Positions 44,551-54,563 of a DNA stretch of 60,508 nucleotides are shown here, piece by piece. The stretch's first letter is position 1; the number at the start of each line of letters is the position of its first letter. The notes below the pieces were generated by a model. It was not told the origin of the DNA. It did no database searches and was given only the letters and a program-made list of their open reading frames with translations. The stretch is from positions 1 through 60,508 of the IMG/VR virus record IMGVR_UViG_3300048836_000838; one strand, 5' to 3'. The position numbers were made by a program, and so were the translations under genes. The stretch comes from a virus. Its lineage: Duplodnaviria; Caudoviricetes.

Positions 44551-47500
44551 ATTACATATACCTTGAATCTAAATAATTTACATTCAAAGCCCGGCGTCTG
44601 GCTACCTGACGGCCCATCCCATCTTACAAAAAACACTCCGTCCACAGGTGAATTGCTTTCAACATTCCAGTTATTTGTGCATGGTGCGGAATGTATATAC
44701 GTGCTTTCGCTGTCGTCGGTTGTGACAACGCCACATGCGTCCACGTTAGGATGACGCACATACAGCCCGCGAGGGTCGCCAGACCCGGATGTTGGAGCGT
44801 CTACGCATGACGGATATGTCTGCACTGTCATAGCCGCAGATGACCCGCACGGTCCGTCAAAACTGACAGTGTACGATGCGCCGTCTCCAGCATCGCCCGG
44901 CATTGTTGCCGTGACCCCATTTCCGAGTTCGTTTTCAAACGGTGTGCCGGGCAATGTTCCCGTGTATTTCGCCCCAGGGCCGAGGTCGTGATAATAGATG
45001 GCTGTTTCACCGGGGTCTAAAATATCATCTCCGACAACCGACCCAACATAATCCTTTTTCGGATTCGTGACCCCCACAGTCCCGCAAACCCGCCCGCCAT
45101 ACGTCACAGTCACCACGCCCTCGCACCCGCCCGCCTTCATCCGGCAGACAAACCCGGTGTCGTAGGGCGCATTGCGGACAAACTCCATGTCGCCCGAGCA
45201 GACGCAAGCCGCGCCTGTCATGCCAGCCGAGGGCACATAGATGGACTCGACGCCTGGGTTGAGTGTGTCCACGCCAGAAACAGAGCACGGCGGGAAATCA
45301 ACCGTCGCCTCACAGCATGTATCCTCAGTCTCGCCATAGCAGACCTTGATCGTAAACGGGCCCTCGCCTCCGGTGGGCATGACCGCCTTGTAGCCGCCTG
45401 TTGGGGTGCGCTCGGTAATGGTAAGCGCCCCGCCCATGAATTGCCCGTTGTTGCCCTTGCCGTCTGTCCATGTGCCCTCGACGCCGGGGCTCAATGTCGC
45501 TGGCCCGTCTAGGACGCATTGGGTGCATTTTTCATCACGCGCTGCCGCACATGCTGCCATGCACGTTGCGTAGGTCATGCCGCCCTCGGTTGAGAGCCGC
45601 CCGGTTGAGCGCAGGGCCGCGCATAATTCATCGCAGGTGCAGGTTCCAGGGCACTCGCCCACAAAAACCTCTGCGTGATTATCGGCGGTGATTACGGGTG
45701 TTCTGGCATTGATTGAATCAGGGCCGCACCCGGTAGCCGTGATTTCTTCCTCTTCTGGCTCCAGCCACGATGTTGGGTCATGGTCGCCAACTTCGCCGTC
45801 GCCAATGACCTCGTCTGGTATTTCGTCGGGGTCACTCGATCCGGGGTTGACCGCCCTGCAATCCCTGGCCGTGATCGAAAGCTGCCCGGTCCCGCCGTCT
45901 TCCGATCCGTCTTCGACCCTGGCCGTTATGATGGCAGAGCAGCCGGGTTGCGACCCCCAAACTGCCTCATAGGTGCACTCCATGGGCTGATCGACGGGCA
46001 GGACTGCGATGTCATCCACGTCGAGAGTGACGACCTTCCCGGCGTGGGAGTCATAATGATTGACCGCGTATCCGTCCCGCGTGCAAACGGGTGTATTCAT
46101 GGGCGTGCGGGTCAGTGTGACCTGGGGCGTCATTATGCCGCCGATGTCGGTGTGATAAACGAGGACAACCTCGCTGACCGGCTCGTACCCGCTCGGCACG
46201 GCTGTGGGCATCCACGCCACCAGGGCCGTGCCGCCTGCCACATAGGTGACTGTGACTTGGGTTCCTGGCAGGAGGGCCGAATTGGAGAGTATGACCGTTT
46301 GCCCGCTGTGCGAGGCATAAAGATCGGAGCCCGGAGTCTCGGTCAGAACCACGCTCGGGGTCGTGCCATCAACCGGGATGCCGGAAAGGCGGACCTCAAC
46401 CGCGCCGCCCCAAATGGATGTGCGAAGGGTTTCAGTGATTGTGCGCGGGGCCAGCGTCTTGCGCGTGGAGGATAGCGACCCGCACCCTATCAGGCCAAAG
46501 GTTGCCGCGCCTATGCCTGCGCCGCCAAACATGCTCGCCTTGAGAAGGATACTGACGGTGTCGCCCAAGCACGGGCTTGATGGACTTGCGTCGAGGCTGA
46601 CCTGTGTTGCGCAGGCCTTTGGGTTGCTCTGGTGCAGGGTCGCAAAGCCCTGTGCCCCGGCCACAGACGCCAGAACCGTAACATCGCCAGGGATGCGGCC
46701 AGCCGTCCACGTCGCGGGTGCACCCTTGACGACATAATCGACGACAAGTGCCTGATCGTAATAATCCAGCGGGGCCGAAAAAGTGATGACGCGGCCATCC
46801 ACGGACCCGCCGCGCTCGGTGTAGTAGTCACGCGCCCGCCTGACATCGCGCCGCCTGTAAACGCCAACCACGGATTCCGCTGGCAGGTCCAGGGTCAGGT
46901 GCGTGTAGTCGTCGGCCTGGTGGACCTCACCCTGTCGTATCACCTCGGCTGTCTGGCTCGTGGCCCCGGACATCATGCCGGATGATGCGCTCCATGTGAC
47001 CTCTGTGCCCAGGGCCACGGGCAGGCCGTCAGCGCCAAGGACAACAGCGATCAGCCGTACCTCAGAAACGCCATCGGCGGCAACGCAAGCATCCTCGTCA
47101 GCGATGGGCACAACCTGCACGGACAGGCCCGCCACGGAGGCGTCACCGGACACAAGGATGCGGTTGCCAAAGTCGGGCACGGTGCGGTCCACCGACTCAA
47201 CATTGATCTCGTCAGCGTCCAGGGTAACGTCTGGCGTTCCGTAGGTGTAGAGTCTGGGAGCCACGGTCAGGGTGCCATCGATCTCCGGCCAAAGGATCTG
47301 GCCAGACTTGGTCGCCAGGTCGCGGATGATCTCGGCAGGGGTCTGGTCGCTCACGGCGTAGCAATATTGGCAGACGTCAAAATCGTTGGTCACGTTGACG
47401 GTCACGCCACACAATGCAGCCACCTCGGCAATGATGCCCGCCACGGTGTTGCCGCCTGGCCACTGCTTGCTGATCTTTTGCGCCCAGGGAGTTGTCGCCC

Positions 47501-47798
47501 GGGCGGAAGCACTGCGCCCCCATAGAGAGGAGGTCCTTGTATTCAGGTCCTGATTCTGGCGGACCTGCTCGAAAAAATAAGCGCCCTTGCTGACCCATGC
47601 CCCGTCTATCCACGCCTCTACTTCGATCGCAAGTTCTTGTGGGACTCGAGGAATGACAAGTCCATCCAAAACAGAGCGGTCCGCTAATTCAACGGAGCAC
47701 TCCCCGCAAAGGTAATCGGCCATGAATCGCGTAGAGACCCCGGAGACCTTCGTGGTAATGTCTTCCCCAAAAAAGAAAACGCGGAATGGACTAGCCAT
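44547..47798 (-). CDS. Tail tip/hub protein with Ig-like and Cys-rich C-terminal regions
   Basis: 1083 aa. Hub-like N-terminus (IIAEVAALCG, QTPAEIIRDLA). Follows the Dit-like gene. Confidence 0.7.
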   Translation of the reverse strand: MASPFRVFFFGEDITTKVSGVSTRFMADYLCGECSVELADRSVLDGLVIPRVPQELAIEVEAWIDGAWVSKGAYFFEQVRQNQDLNTRTSSLWGRSASARATTPWAQKISKQWPGGNTVAGIIAEVAALCGVTVNVTNDFDVCQYCYAVSDQTPAEIIRDLATKSGQILWPEIDGTLTVAPRLYTYGTPDVTLDADEINVESVDRTVPDFGNRILVSGDASVAGLSVQVVPIADEDACVAADGVSEVRLIAVVLGADGLPVALGTEVTWSASSGMMSGATSQTAEVIRQGEVHQADDYTHLTLDLPAESVVGVYRRRDVRRARDYYTERGGSVDGRVITFSAPLDYYDQALVVDYVVKGAPATWTAGRIPGDVTVLASVAGAQGFATLHQSNPKACATQVSLDASPSSPCLGDTVSILLKASMFGGAGIGAATFGLIGCGSLSSTRKTLAPRTITETLRTSIWGGAVEVRLSGIPVDGTTPSVVLTETPGSDLYASHSGQTVILSNSALLPGTQVTVTYVAGGTALVAWMPTAVPSGYEPVSEVVLVYHTDIGGIMTPQVTLTRTPMNTPVCTRDGYAVNHYDSHAGKVVTLDVDDIAVLPVDQPMECTYEAVWGSQPGCSAIITARVEDGSEDGGTGQLSITARDCRAVNPGSSDPDEIPDEVIGDGEVGDHDPTSWLEPEEEEITATGCGPDSINARTPVITADNHAEVFVGECPGTCTCDELCAALRSTGRLSTEGGMTYATCMAACAAARDEKCTQCVLDGPATLSPGVEGTWTDGKGNNGQFMGGALTITERTPTGGYKAVMPTGGEGPFTIKVCYGETEDTCCEATVDFPPCSVSGVDTLNPGVESIYVPSAGMTGAACVCSGDMEFVRNAPYDTGFVCRMKAGGCEGVVTVTYGGRVCGTVGVTNPKKDYVGSVVGDDILDPGETAIYYHDLGPGAKYTGTLPGTPFENELGNGVTATMPGDAGDGASYTVSFDGPCGSSAAMTVQTYPSCVDAPTSGSGDPRGLYVRHPNVDACGVVTTDDSESTYIHSAPCTNNWNVESNSPVDGVFFVRWDGPSGSQTPGFECKLFRFKVYVI

Positions 47799-48283
47799 CA
47801 GAGTTCCTTTGCGACCACAATAAGATTGATTTCGTATGAATATTCAATACGACCAACGCGCGCCCACATCGCATCGTACCATGCCCGCAAGCCTCTTGGG
47901 TTTCTGGACCAGCGGACCTTCCAACAGGAAATGCCGTCTGTGAAATAGTATTCTGCATTTACAACTGCCTCCGCCGCCTTTAGTGCCGCGACTGTTGCAG
48001 GGGTGAGCCACTCTCCGTCGGATACATTTCCAGCAATATATAGCATTCCGTCGCCTTCGACAACTCCAAAGTCATGGTAAACAACACCACCACCAGTTCG
48101 AATGATCCCTCCGCGACCCGGAGGCGGCGTTAAGATAACACCGCCTTTGAGTGGGTCGTGGTCCAAAGGGATTTTAATAGTCGGTGCAGTGCCCACAGGA
48201 GGTGTTCCTGTGCCAAGCAAAGCAGGGGTGAGGGAAGCCCCTCCTTCCAAGCTAAAGATACAGTAAGCTGTACTCATGATCAC
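47798..48283 (-). CDS. Distal tail protein-like
   Basis: 161 aa directly after the tape measure gene. Confidence 0.55.
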   Translation of the reverse strand: MIMSTAYCIFSLEGGASLTPALLGTGTPPVGTAPTIKIPLDHDPLKGGVILTPPPGRGGIIRTGGGVVYHDFGVVEGDGMLYIAGNVSDGEWLTPATVAALKAAEAVVNAEYYFTDGISCWKVRWSRNPRGLRAWYDAMWARVGRIEYSYEINLIVVAKEL

Positions 48284-51200
48284 ACCCCTGCTACGAGTTT
48301 AAGATTCGAAAGCTCAGCAAAGAACGACTTCATAGACATCTGGCTCGCCTGGTCCTGTATCTGGACACGCGCTTCCTGTTCACCGGCCCTGAATGTGACA
48401 AGCATTGATTCCCCAATGGAAGTCCCAGACATTGCTGGCGCGCCAGCGAGACCGCCAGATGCCATCCGAATCTGCGGGGCTGCGGCCGCTTGGCTGATGC
48501 TTCCTAAGATCTCCAATACCGAAGCGGGGGAAGAGGCCAGATTCATGCGATCGAGCAGCCCGGGGAAGATACTTGAAATCAATCGAGTAGCACGTTCCCT
48601 GAGGATGTACTCACCGTTAGAAACCAATGCCCGTATCGAATCGCTTGTTCCTGTTCCCGCACCGCGGATGCGACCCGCGATCCTGCGCCATGCCTGCCCT
48701 CCGTTTGCGAAGGCCTGGATGAGCCCTCCTCCTGCTCTTTCGTGAACAATCTTACGGCGCTCGATAACAGTATGCTCGGACTTGGTCTTGATTCCATCCA
48801 GAGACTTGATCTTCTTCTCCGCCCTGTCAACATCTTTGGTATTGACGTCGTGCCTGGAAGTGGTCTGGACCGCCCCCAGCTCCGCTTCCATCTTTTCCAT
48901 GGCCTCCGTAACCTTCGATGTCTCGAGGCTGGCAGGGATTGGCAGCTTGGCTTCTTGCATACTGGCGCGGAGGGCTTCAACAGCAGGGGCAATCTGCGAC
49001 ACCTGTAATTGCGCTTCCATGGCAAGGTCCTTATTAGTGGGATCCTGCCTCCAAAGGTCCAGGGCGGTCTGTGCCGCAGTAATATTAAGACCCAGCTGCA
49101 CCTCGGCCTGGGTGGCTGCTGCCAGTTCCTTGATGCGCCCAATCTCTGCAATCGCACTTTCCGAATTCATGACGATTTCGGCGTCCATGCGAATGGCAGA
49201 TTCTTCTTTCAACTTCCCGACGACTTCACGAGTCTTTTCAAGCTCCTCGCGAGTCTCTGCCTGGCCTGTCGCTTCTTTTTCAGCCATCGTAACACGATTG
49301 GCGGAGGCTGCTTCAAGCGCCTTATCAAGCTCTGCGTGTGCGCGTGTCATTTGGTCGATCGCCGTTGCACTCGCTTCGGCTTCGCCAACGATAACGCGGG
49401 AAACCTGCTTGCCACTCTGCTCTATCTTCTCAACGACTTCGCCTGCGTTGCGCCCAGCAAGCTGCGTTGCTTCGTCTGCAAACTTCTTGACCTGGTCAAT
49501 ATTTCCCGCCGCCCCGGCTGCCGCCGCTAACTTGATCTTCTCTTCAATCTGTGCAGAACGGTCCGCGTACGCTGCAGCCTCCGTCATCGTCTTCTGTTTC
49601 AATGCACGAACACGATCTTCCAAACCCATACGAGCCAGCATCCGCTGCTCGTCCAGCTGTATAGCTTGCTGGTGGTATTTCTGCTCGTTAGCGATCTGGC
49701 GCTCCAGTGAAGCGGCCAGCTGCTGTTCAATCTGGGAGTAGACTTCAATCTTCGCATCAAGTGCGTCCTGGTTGAGGTCTTCGATCTTTGCTCCGGATTC
49801 TTTGGCAAGGCTCTCAGCAACTCCGTATGTTGCTTCCCATACAGAAACCATCTGCCTGCCCGCTTCCATGATCGCTTCGACTTTCCGCTGCTCTGCTTCG
49901 TAGGCGATGCGGGCAGCTTCCATAGTCGCGCCTTCCTGGGACTCTCTGTTCCGGGCGTTTGCTTCACTCTCCCTACGCGCATTCTCCTCAACTTGCGCGA
50001 TCTGGTCTGCCAGTGCGCCTTTAATGATTGCAACGCCGGCCTTGTAGTTTGCTGCTAATGCCTCGATCTTACCAGTAGAGTCGGACATGGCACTCGAAAT
50101 GACATCACGAGCAGCAGCATGTGCTCCGGCGATCCCGTCAACAGACTCAGCAACTTCATCGAGCAACTTGGTCTGTTCTTCAAGGTTTTCAGCAATCTCA
50201 TCTTTAGTGAGCCATTGCCAGGCTTCGTACAGCAAGGTCGCACCTGTGATGAGAAGTCCCAGCGGCCCGAGTGCGCCCTTCATGGCCACACCCATTGTCC
50301 GTGCGACGACCGTGGCCCCAGACATGCCGGTGGCAAGTACCTTGGTTGCGGTATACAGGTAGCGGAAAATCGACAGAATGCGAGTCCCGACGGCGCCTAG
50401 TGCTAGGAAGACCAGCCGTAAAGGCCCCCAGGCCGCAGCGATCGTGACACCGACAATAGCAATACGAGAAAAAATAGGAAAGATCTCGACCAATTTCTCG
50501 GCAGCCTGGGCGACCGCTTGTAATCCGATTGCCACCAGGCGGACAACAGGGAGGAAGAGTGTACCAACTGCTGACGACGCGTTACTAAACGCTTGCGACA
50601 TCTTATTGATTTCAGATTGGGTGGAACTCAACTTCAGGGCTGTCAAATCAGATAGCGACTTGACCAGTACGTCGTTATCCTGCGCTGCAAGGCCGAGGGA
50701 CTTGGCTAACATATCAACGCCGTCCGACAGCTTAGAAATGTTCTCCGTATCCATGCCCTGTCCGAAAACATCGATCAAGGCATTCAGGCGGTCGGCATTG
50801 GGCATCTGGCGTAAGGCGGTCAGGAACTGAAGCAAAGCCCCTTTGGCGTCAACAGCAAGTGCCTGCTGGAATTGCTTGGTATTTCCGACGACACGCCCAA
50901 GGGCCTGCCCCATCTTGCCGCTGTCGCCGGCAGCAATACGAAGACGACTCGACAAAGTTCGGATTGCAGTGCCTGCCTGCTCTGAACGTGCACCGAGGGA
51001 AAGGAAAGTCGTTGCCAGGGCGGCTGTTTCTTTCGCTGTGAGACCAAGTGCAGTGCCTGACGAGCCGCCGCGAACCAGGGTCTCAATGATGTCAGCCTCG
51101 GTGGTCGCTGCGTTGTCCGCCAGAACGTTGAGTGTCGCGACGTAAGCTTCCATGTCCTTAACGGACAGTTTCAAAACGTTCTTCAAGAGGGCAAGAGACT

Positions 51201-51900
51201 TGCCGGCTTCTTCCGGGATCATGTCGAAGTTCATTGCGGCAACAGAAGCAATGCGAGCAAACTCAAGGAGATCCTTCTTTGCAACGCCCGTCTTTGCAGC
51301 AGCGGTGGCAAGGCCAACGACAGCAACGGAAGACAGCCCAAGCTCAACCGCCAGGTCCTTAAAGGGCCCGGACATCTTTTCGGCTTCCTCTCGTGTCAGG
51401 TTCGCAGCACGGCGCAAATCAATTATGGCATCTTCGAAGGCCATTGCTTTCTTGGTGACGATAATGAAGGAAACAGCCATGCCAGCAAGGGCCGCGAGGC
51501 CACCTGCAGCTTCCTTCAACTTATCCATCGCAGAAACCGTTACGTTAAGCTCATTTCGGAGCTCTTCAGTCCGCTGCCGCGCCTTCAGCGTCGCCCGTTC
51601 CAGATCCTTGCCTGTGGTGCCTGAAGATTTGGCGAGACGGGCCAGTGCGGCGTTTACGCGGTCTATCTCCGCCTTAATATCCCGAGAGGACCGAACGCCA
51701 ACAACGCCCATATCTTCATGGGCTTTTACAACCTGTCGAGTTGCCTTTACACGCTCGGCTGCAGTACGGATGGAAGCACGGTCCTGTTCAGAGACTTCTC
51801 GGCCAGATTGCTTTACCTGCTGGACGAGCTCTTTCAGCGTCTGCCGCGCTGCGTTGGCGTCGGCCTGGACTTTAATGGCAATGGACGGGTCGTTGCTCAT
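48280..51900 (-). CDS. Tape measure protein
   Basis: 1206 aa, Ala-rich and helical. TP901-type core, hydrophobic segments, C-terminal GAGTGTSDSIRALVSNGEYIL. Confidence 0.93.
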   Translation of the reverse strand: MSNDPSIAIKVQADANAARQTLKELVQQVKQSGREVSEQDRASIRTAAERVKATRQVVKAHEDMGVVGVRSSRDIKAEIDRVNAALARLAKSSGTTGKDLERATLKARQRTEELRNELNVTVSAMDKLKEAAGGLAALAGMAVSFIIVTKKAMAFEDAIIDLRRAANLTREEAEKMSGPFKDLAVELGLSSVAVVGLATAAAKTGVAKKDLLEFARIASVAAMNFDMIPEEAGKSLALLKNVLKLSVKDMEAYVATLNVLADNAATTEADIIETLVRGGSSGTALGLTAKETAALATTFLSLGARSEQAGTAIRTLSSRLRIAAGDSGKMGQALGRVVGNTKQFQQALAVDAKGALLQFLTALRQMPNADRLNALIDVFGQGMDTENISKLSDGVDMLAKSLGLAAQDNDVLVKSLSDLTALKLSSTQSEINKMSQAFSNASSAVGTLFLPVVRLVAIGLQAVAQAAEKLVEIFPIFSRIAIVGVTIAAAWGPLRLVFLALGAVGTRILSIFRYLYTATKVLATGMSGATVVARTMGVAMKGALGPLGLLITGATLLYEAWQWLTKDEIAENLEEQTKLLDEVAESVDGIAGAHAAARDVISSAMSDSTGKIEALAANYKAGVAIIKGALADQIAQVEENARRESEANARNRESQEGATMEAARIAYEAEQRKVEAIMEAGRQMVSVWEATYGVAESLAKESGAKIEDLNQDALDAKIEVYSQIEQQLAASLERQIANEQKYHQQAIQLDEQRMLARMGLEDRVRALKQKTMTEAAAYADRSAQIEEKIKLAAAAGAAGNIDQVKKFADEATQLAGRNAGEVVEKIEQSGKQVSRVIVGEAEASATAIDQMTRAHAELDKALEAASANRVTMAEKEATGQAETREELEKTREVVGKLKEESAIRMDAEIVMNSESAIAEIGRIKELAAATQAEVQLGLNITAAQTALDLWRQDPTNKDLAMEAQLQVSQIAPAVEALRASMQEAKLPIPASLETSKVTEAMEKMEAELGAVQTTSRHDVNTKDVDRAEKKIKSLDGIKTKSEHTVIERRKIVHERAGGGLIQAFANGGQAWRRIAGRIRGAGTGTSDSIRALVSNGEYILRERATRLISSIFPGLLDRMNLASSPASVLEILGSISQAAAAPQIRMASGGLAGAPAMSGTSIGESMLVTFRAGEQEARVQIQDQASQMSMKSFFAELSNLKLVAGV

Positions 51901-52166
51901 TTCGATAACTCTCCTATTGCAGCTTGGAAGCTCTTCTCTTCATACATCGACACCCGCCGCGCTCTGATCTGGTCAACCATGTTCCTCTTGCTTCTCTGCT
52001 CAACCGCCTTGGCGAGTTCCCAGAAGCCTGCCAAGGAGAGATCGAGCACTTCCTCTAATCGGTATCCTGCTCCGACAAGGACGTCGACTGCTCCGGCCCA
52101 AGAAAGACGTTGGTCACTGCGTCCATCGCGTCGGCGAACTGGGGCAGGACCCGTTGGGCCAAAAAA
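51897..52166 (-). CDS. -1 frameshift extension of the tail assembly chaperone (gpGT-like)
   Basis: Slippery T-TTT-TTG at 52166-52160. The -1 frame stays open until a TGA that overlaps the tape measure ATG. Confidence 0.65.
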   Translation of the reverse strand, partial: FFGPTGPAPVRRRDGRSDQRLSWAGAVDVLVGAGYRLEEVLDLSLAGFWELAKAVEQRSKRNMVDQIRARRVSMYEEKSFQAAIGELSK

Positions 52167-52510
52167 TCGCCATTCACCTCAACCAGCTTCCCGATCAACA
52201 GAACCAATTCATCTAGATCCAGATTATCGACCCATTCTCTCTCTTTACGAGACGCGATGGCGGTCGCCTGGATGAGAGATTCAACAAGCTGGTCCGAGCC
52301 GTTCATGAGATACGCCATGATAAATTTCTGTGCGGCATCGTCGGCGCCATTCGGAATGCGCTTAAACAACTCCTGGAGATCCGCAAGAACAGGCTTGATC
52401 GCCTTAAACAGCTTCGGCAGCTCTCTGGTTTTGATTGGCTTGATCTCTTCCCTGCCACCGGCAATGTCGATGCGAACAGGATCTGCGACGATCTTCTGCA
52501 AACTCTCCAT
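52055..52510 (-). CDS. Tail assembly chaperone
   Basis: 151 aa between the tail tube and tape measure genes; motif LIGKLVEVNGDF. Confidence 0.75.
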   Translation of the reverse strand: MESLQKIVADPVRIDIAGGREEIKPIKTRELPKLFKAIKPVLADLQELFKRIPNGADDAAQKFIMAYLMNGSDQLVESLIQATAIASRKEREWVDNLDLDELVLLIGKLVEVNGDFLAQRVLPQFADAMDAVTNVFLGPEQSTSLSEQDTD

Positions 52511-52555
52511 ACAAAGGCTCCTTAGAAGGGCCGGAAGGCCGGCCCATGGGGTTGA

Positions 52556-53308
52556 TTAAGTAGCAGGCACCAGGATGATGCGACCGAACTGGCCCAGAGC
52601 ACCTTCAGCCGACTTCAGGGTGTCTGCCAGGACCTTGGCCTTGATCGGGGCATTGCCCAGCTCATCTGAAATGAATGCCATACCATCGGTCGGATTGATT
52701 GCGATCTTATACAGATCCACCACTACCCGCTCATTGGTAATCTTGTTCAAGCCTTCCAGACGGAACCACTTGTCCATGCTGTCCGCGGTGAACATGGAAA
52801 CGCTGCGGAAGGCCCCGTACGAATAGGCCGCGGTGACTGCCCCGGAAAGTCCGGTGACGTCGGTGAATTCGATAGACCCATGCTTGGCGTTTACCGTGTA
52901 TTTGCTGGCATTGATTACCGCCGACTCATGGTCGGTGAGGACCACCGAAGACACATTCTGCTTCGCCAGCAGGTAGATGCGTCCCGTCTGCGGGGCCGTG
53001 CAAAGGGCTTCCGGACCAGCCACAGTGCCTTCCGCGACGTCAGTGACCGTGCCGTTAAGGATGTAGCCAAAGACCTCCTTGAGCAGCTCTTCCGTGGTCA
53101 GCGACAATTCGCCGGACTTGGAAGTGGTAATGGAGACGTCCGTCAGATCCTGACCGGACATGGACTCCTTGTGCTCAAGGGTTTCGGTGGCGAGGGACAG
53201 GGTGCAATCGGGCACGTTGCCGATGTGGATCAAGCCCTCCGGGTTACCATTGGCATCGCGGTCACCAATGTAGACTTTGCCGCGAAGTGAAAAATACTGA
53301 CTTGCCAT
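52556..53308 (-). CDS. Major tail (tube) protein
   Basis: YFSLRGKVYIG, IGNVP, EHKESMSG, RLEGLN and GQFGRII; AGGAGG RBS. Confidence 0.8.
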   Translation of the reverse strand: MASQYFSLRGKVYIGDRDANGNPEGLIHIGNVPDCTLSLATETLEHKESMSGQDLTDVSITTSKSGELSLTTEELLKEVFGYILNGTVTDVAEGTVAGPEALCTAPQTGRIYLLAKQNVSSVVLTDHESAVINASKYTVNAKHGSIEFTDVTGLSGAVTAAYSYGAFRSVSMFTADSMDKWFRLEGLNKITNERVVVDLYKIAINPTDGMAFISDELGNAPIKAKVLADTLKSAEGALGQFGRIILVPAT

Positions 53309-53317
53309 GTAATCCTC

Positions 53318-53722
53318 CTATGCAGTAGCAAACACTGCAGTAGAAAAGTAGACTGTTGAATACACGAATGCACCATCAAATGTAGATCCGATCGCTCCTG
53401 AGTAGTGAAGCGGATCAAACTCCTCCGAAAGAGACACACCTGACAGCGCACTGATGATCGAAGAAAGCAGAGGACCAGCACTTGTGCCTGGCTTGGTGAC
53501 CAGGATGATGGCCCAGCGTTGCGAAACCTCACAAACAGAACCGCTTCCTGCGTATCCTCCGACGTTGTCGCCGCCCCATGCGACGAAACAAGAAGGAGCA
53601 AGCTGCGCAATCGCTTGGGCTTCCGCCTGCGATGAAACGACCTGCACCTCTTCAAGCGAAGGGATGGCAGCCTTGAGTTTTGTAATCAGAAGGGGCGCGG
53701 CCCCTAGCCAGTCAACCAGCAT
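53318..53722 (-). CDS. Tail completion/terminator-like protein
   Basis: 134 aa with PSCFVAWGGD and QRWAIILV, directly before the tail tube gene. Confidence 0.55.
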   Translation of the reverse strand: MLVDWLGAAPLLITKLKAAIPSLEEVQVVSSQAEAQAIAQLAPSCFVAWGGDNVGGYAGSGSVCEVSQRWAIILVTKPGTSAGPLLSSIISALSGVSLSEEFDPLHYSGAIGSTFDGAFVYSTVYFSTAVFATA

Positions 53723-53760
53723 AACTACCACCTCCTCTACACCCGTGACACCAGAACGAC

Positions 53761-54165
53761 TTAAACTGGTGTCGGATTCGCGCGGAATGGAATGGCGATA
53801 TCTATCTGATACCACCCGTGCCCATCATCACCGCGGATCACGGGCTCCCTTGCTTCGTAGCAGAATACATTCTCGTCACTAAATAACGAAAACGAGCTCG
53901 CCGCTTCATCTGCTAACTCAGTAGCAAGGCCGGCCCCTGTCCCGGAGGGCACGAAAACCTGTAACACAATATCCCCTGAAAGGATTCGCCGCCGTACAGA
54001 GGATGAAGCGTAAGGCACCATCCACGCATAAGGCACCAACGAAAAGCGTATCCACGCCTCTCCTTGAAGCTCTAGTGGTTTCTCATTTGGCCAGGCGATG
54101 TCTGTGGCATCCCAGACCGACATGAAATATGTTGAAAGGATCGCTCGAACCTCATCAAGAATCAT
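53761..54165 (-). CDS. Tail terminator-like protein (DUF4128-like)
   Basis: IAWPN, WIRFS, GDIVLQVFVPSGTG and WYQIDIAIPF. Confidence 0.65.
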   Translation of the reverse strand: MILDEVRAILSTYFMSVWDATDIAWPNEKPLELQGEAWIRFSLVPYAWMVPYASSSVRRRILSGDIVLQVFVPSGTGAGLATELADEAASSFSLFSDENVFCYEAREPVIRGDDGHGWYQIDIAIPFRANPTPV

Positions 54166-54563
54166 AGCGAAATCCCCGCTTTTACATCCGCCACAGCTTT
54201 CTCAACGAAAAAGACACCGGGGCGGCGGCTAGTTCCACTATTGAGCGGAACGATGTAACCGACGTTATTGTAGACCACAATGTAATCCGATCCTTTTACG
54301 ATGGCCGGCGTCTTAGGCTTTGGGTAAATGGGCTTGCGGCCTTTTCTCCATCCCTCAGGCACGGGAATTTCGCCAGGGGCCCAGTCATCCTTGCCATTGA
54401 TGCCGATAGACCATCCGGCCCGTGCACGCCCCGTATCAATGGGGGTTCCCTTAATGAGTGCACCCCAGAGATCCATCGCCACGGTACGCTGTATCTGGTC
54501 AATGTACTCCAGTAACGGCGCTTCGAGCGTGTCCAGGTTGAACTCAATATTGAAGGTGATCAT
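54162..54563 (-). CDS. Neck protein (HK97 gp10-like)
   Basis: TPIDTGRARAGW and NNVGYIVPLNSG. Confidence 0.75.
   Translation of the reverse strand: MITFNIEFNLDTLEAPLLEYIDQIQRTVAMDLWGALIKGTPIDTGRARAGWSIGINGKDDWAPGEIPVPEGWRKGRKPIYPKPKTPAIVKGSDYIVVYNNVGYIVPLNSGTSRRPGVFFVEKAVADVKAGISL

Noticed and set aside
42182-47798. Diversity-generating retroelement or invertible tail-fibre cassette
   Set aside because: I found no reverse transcriptase, invertase, or template/variable repeat pair. The repeats are diverged protein-domain duplications.
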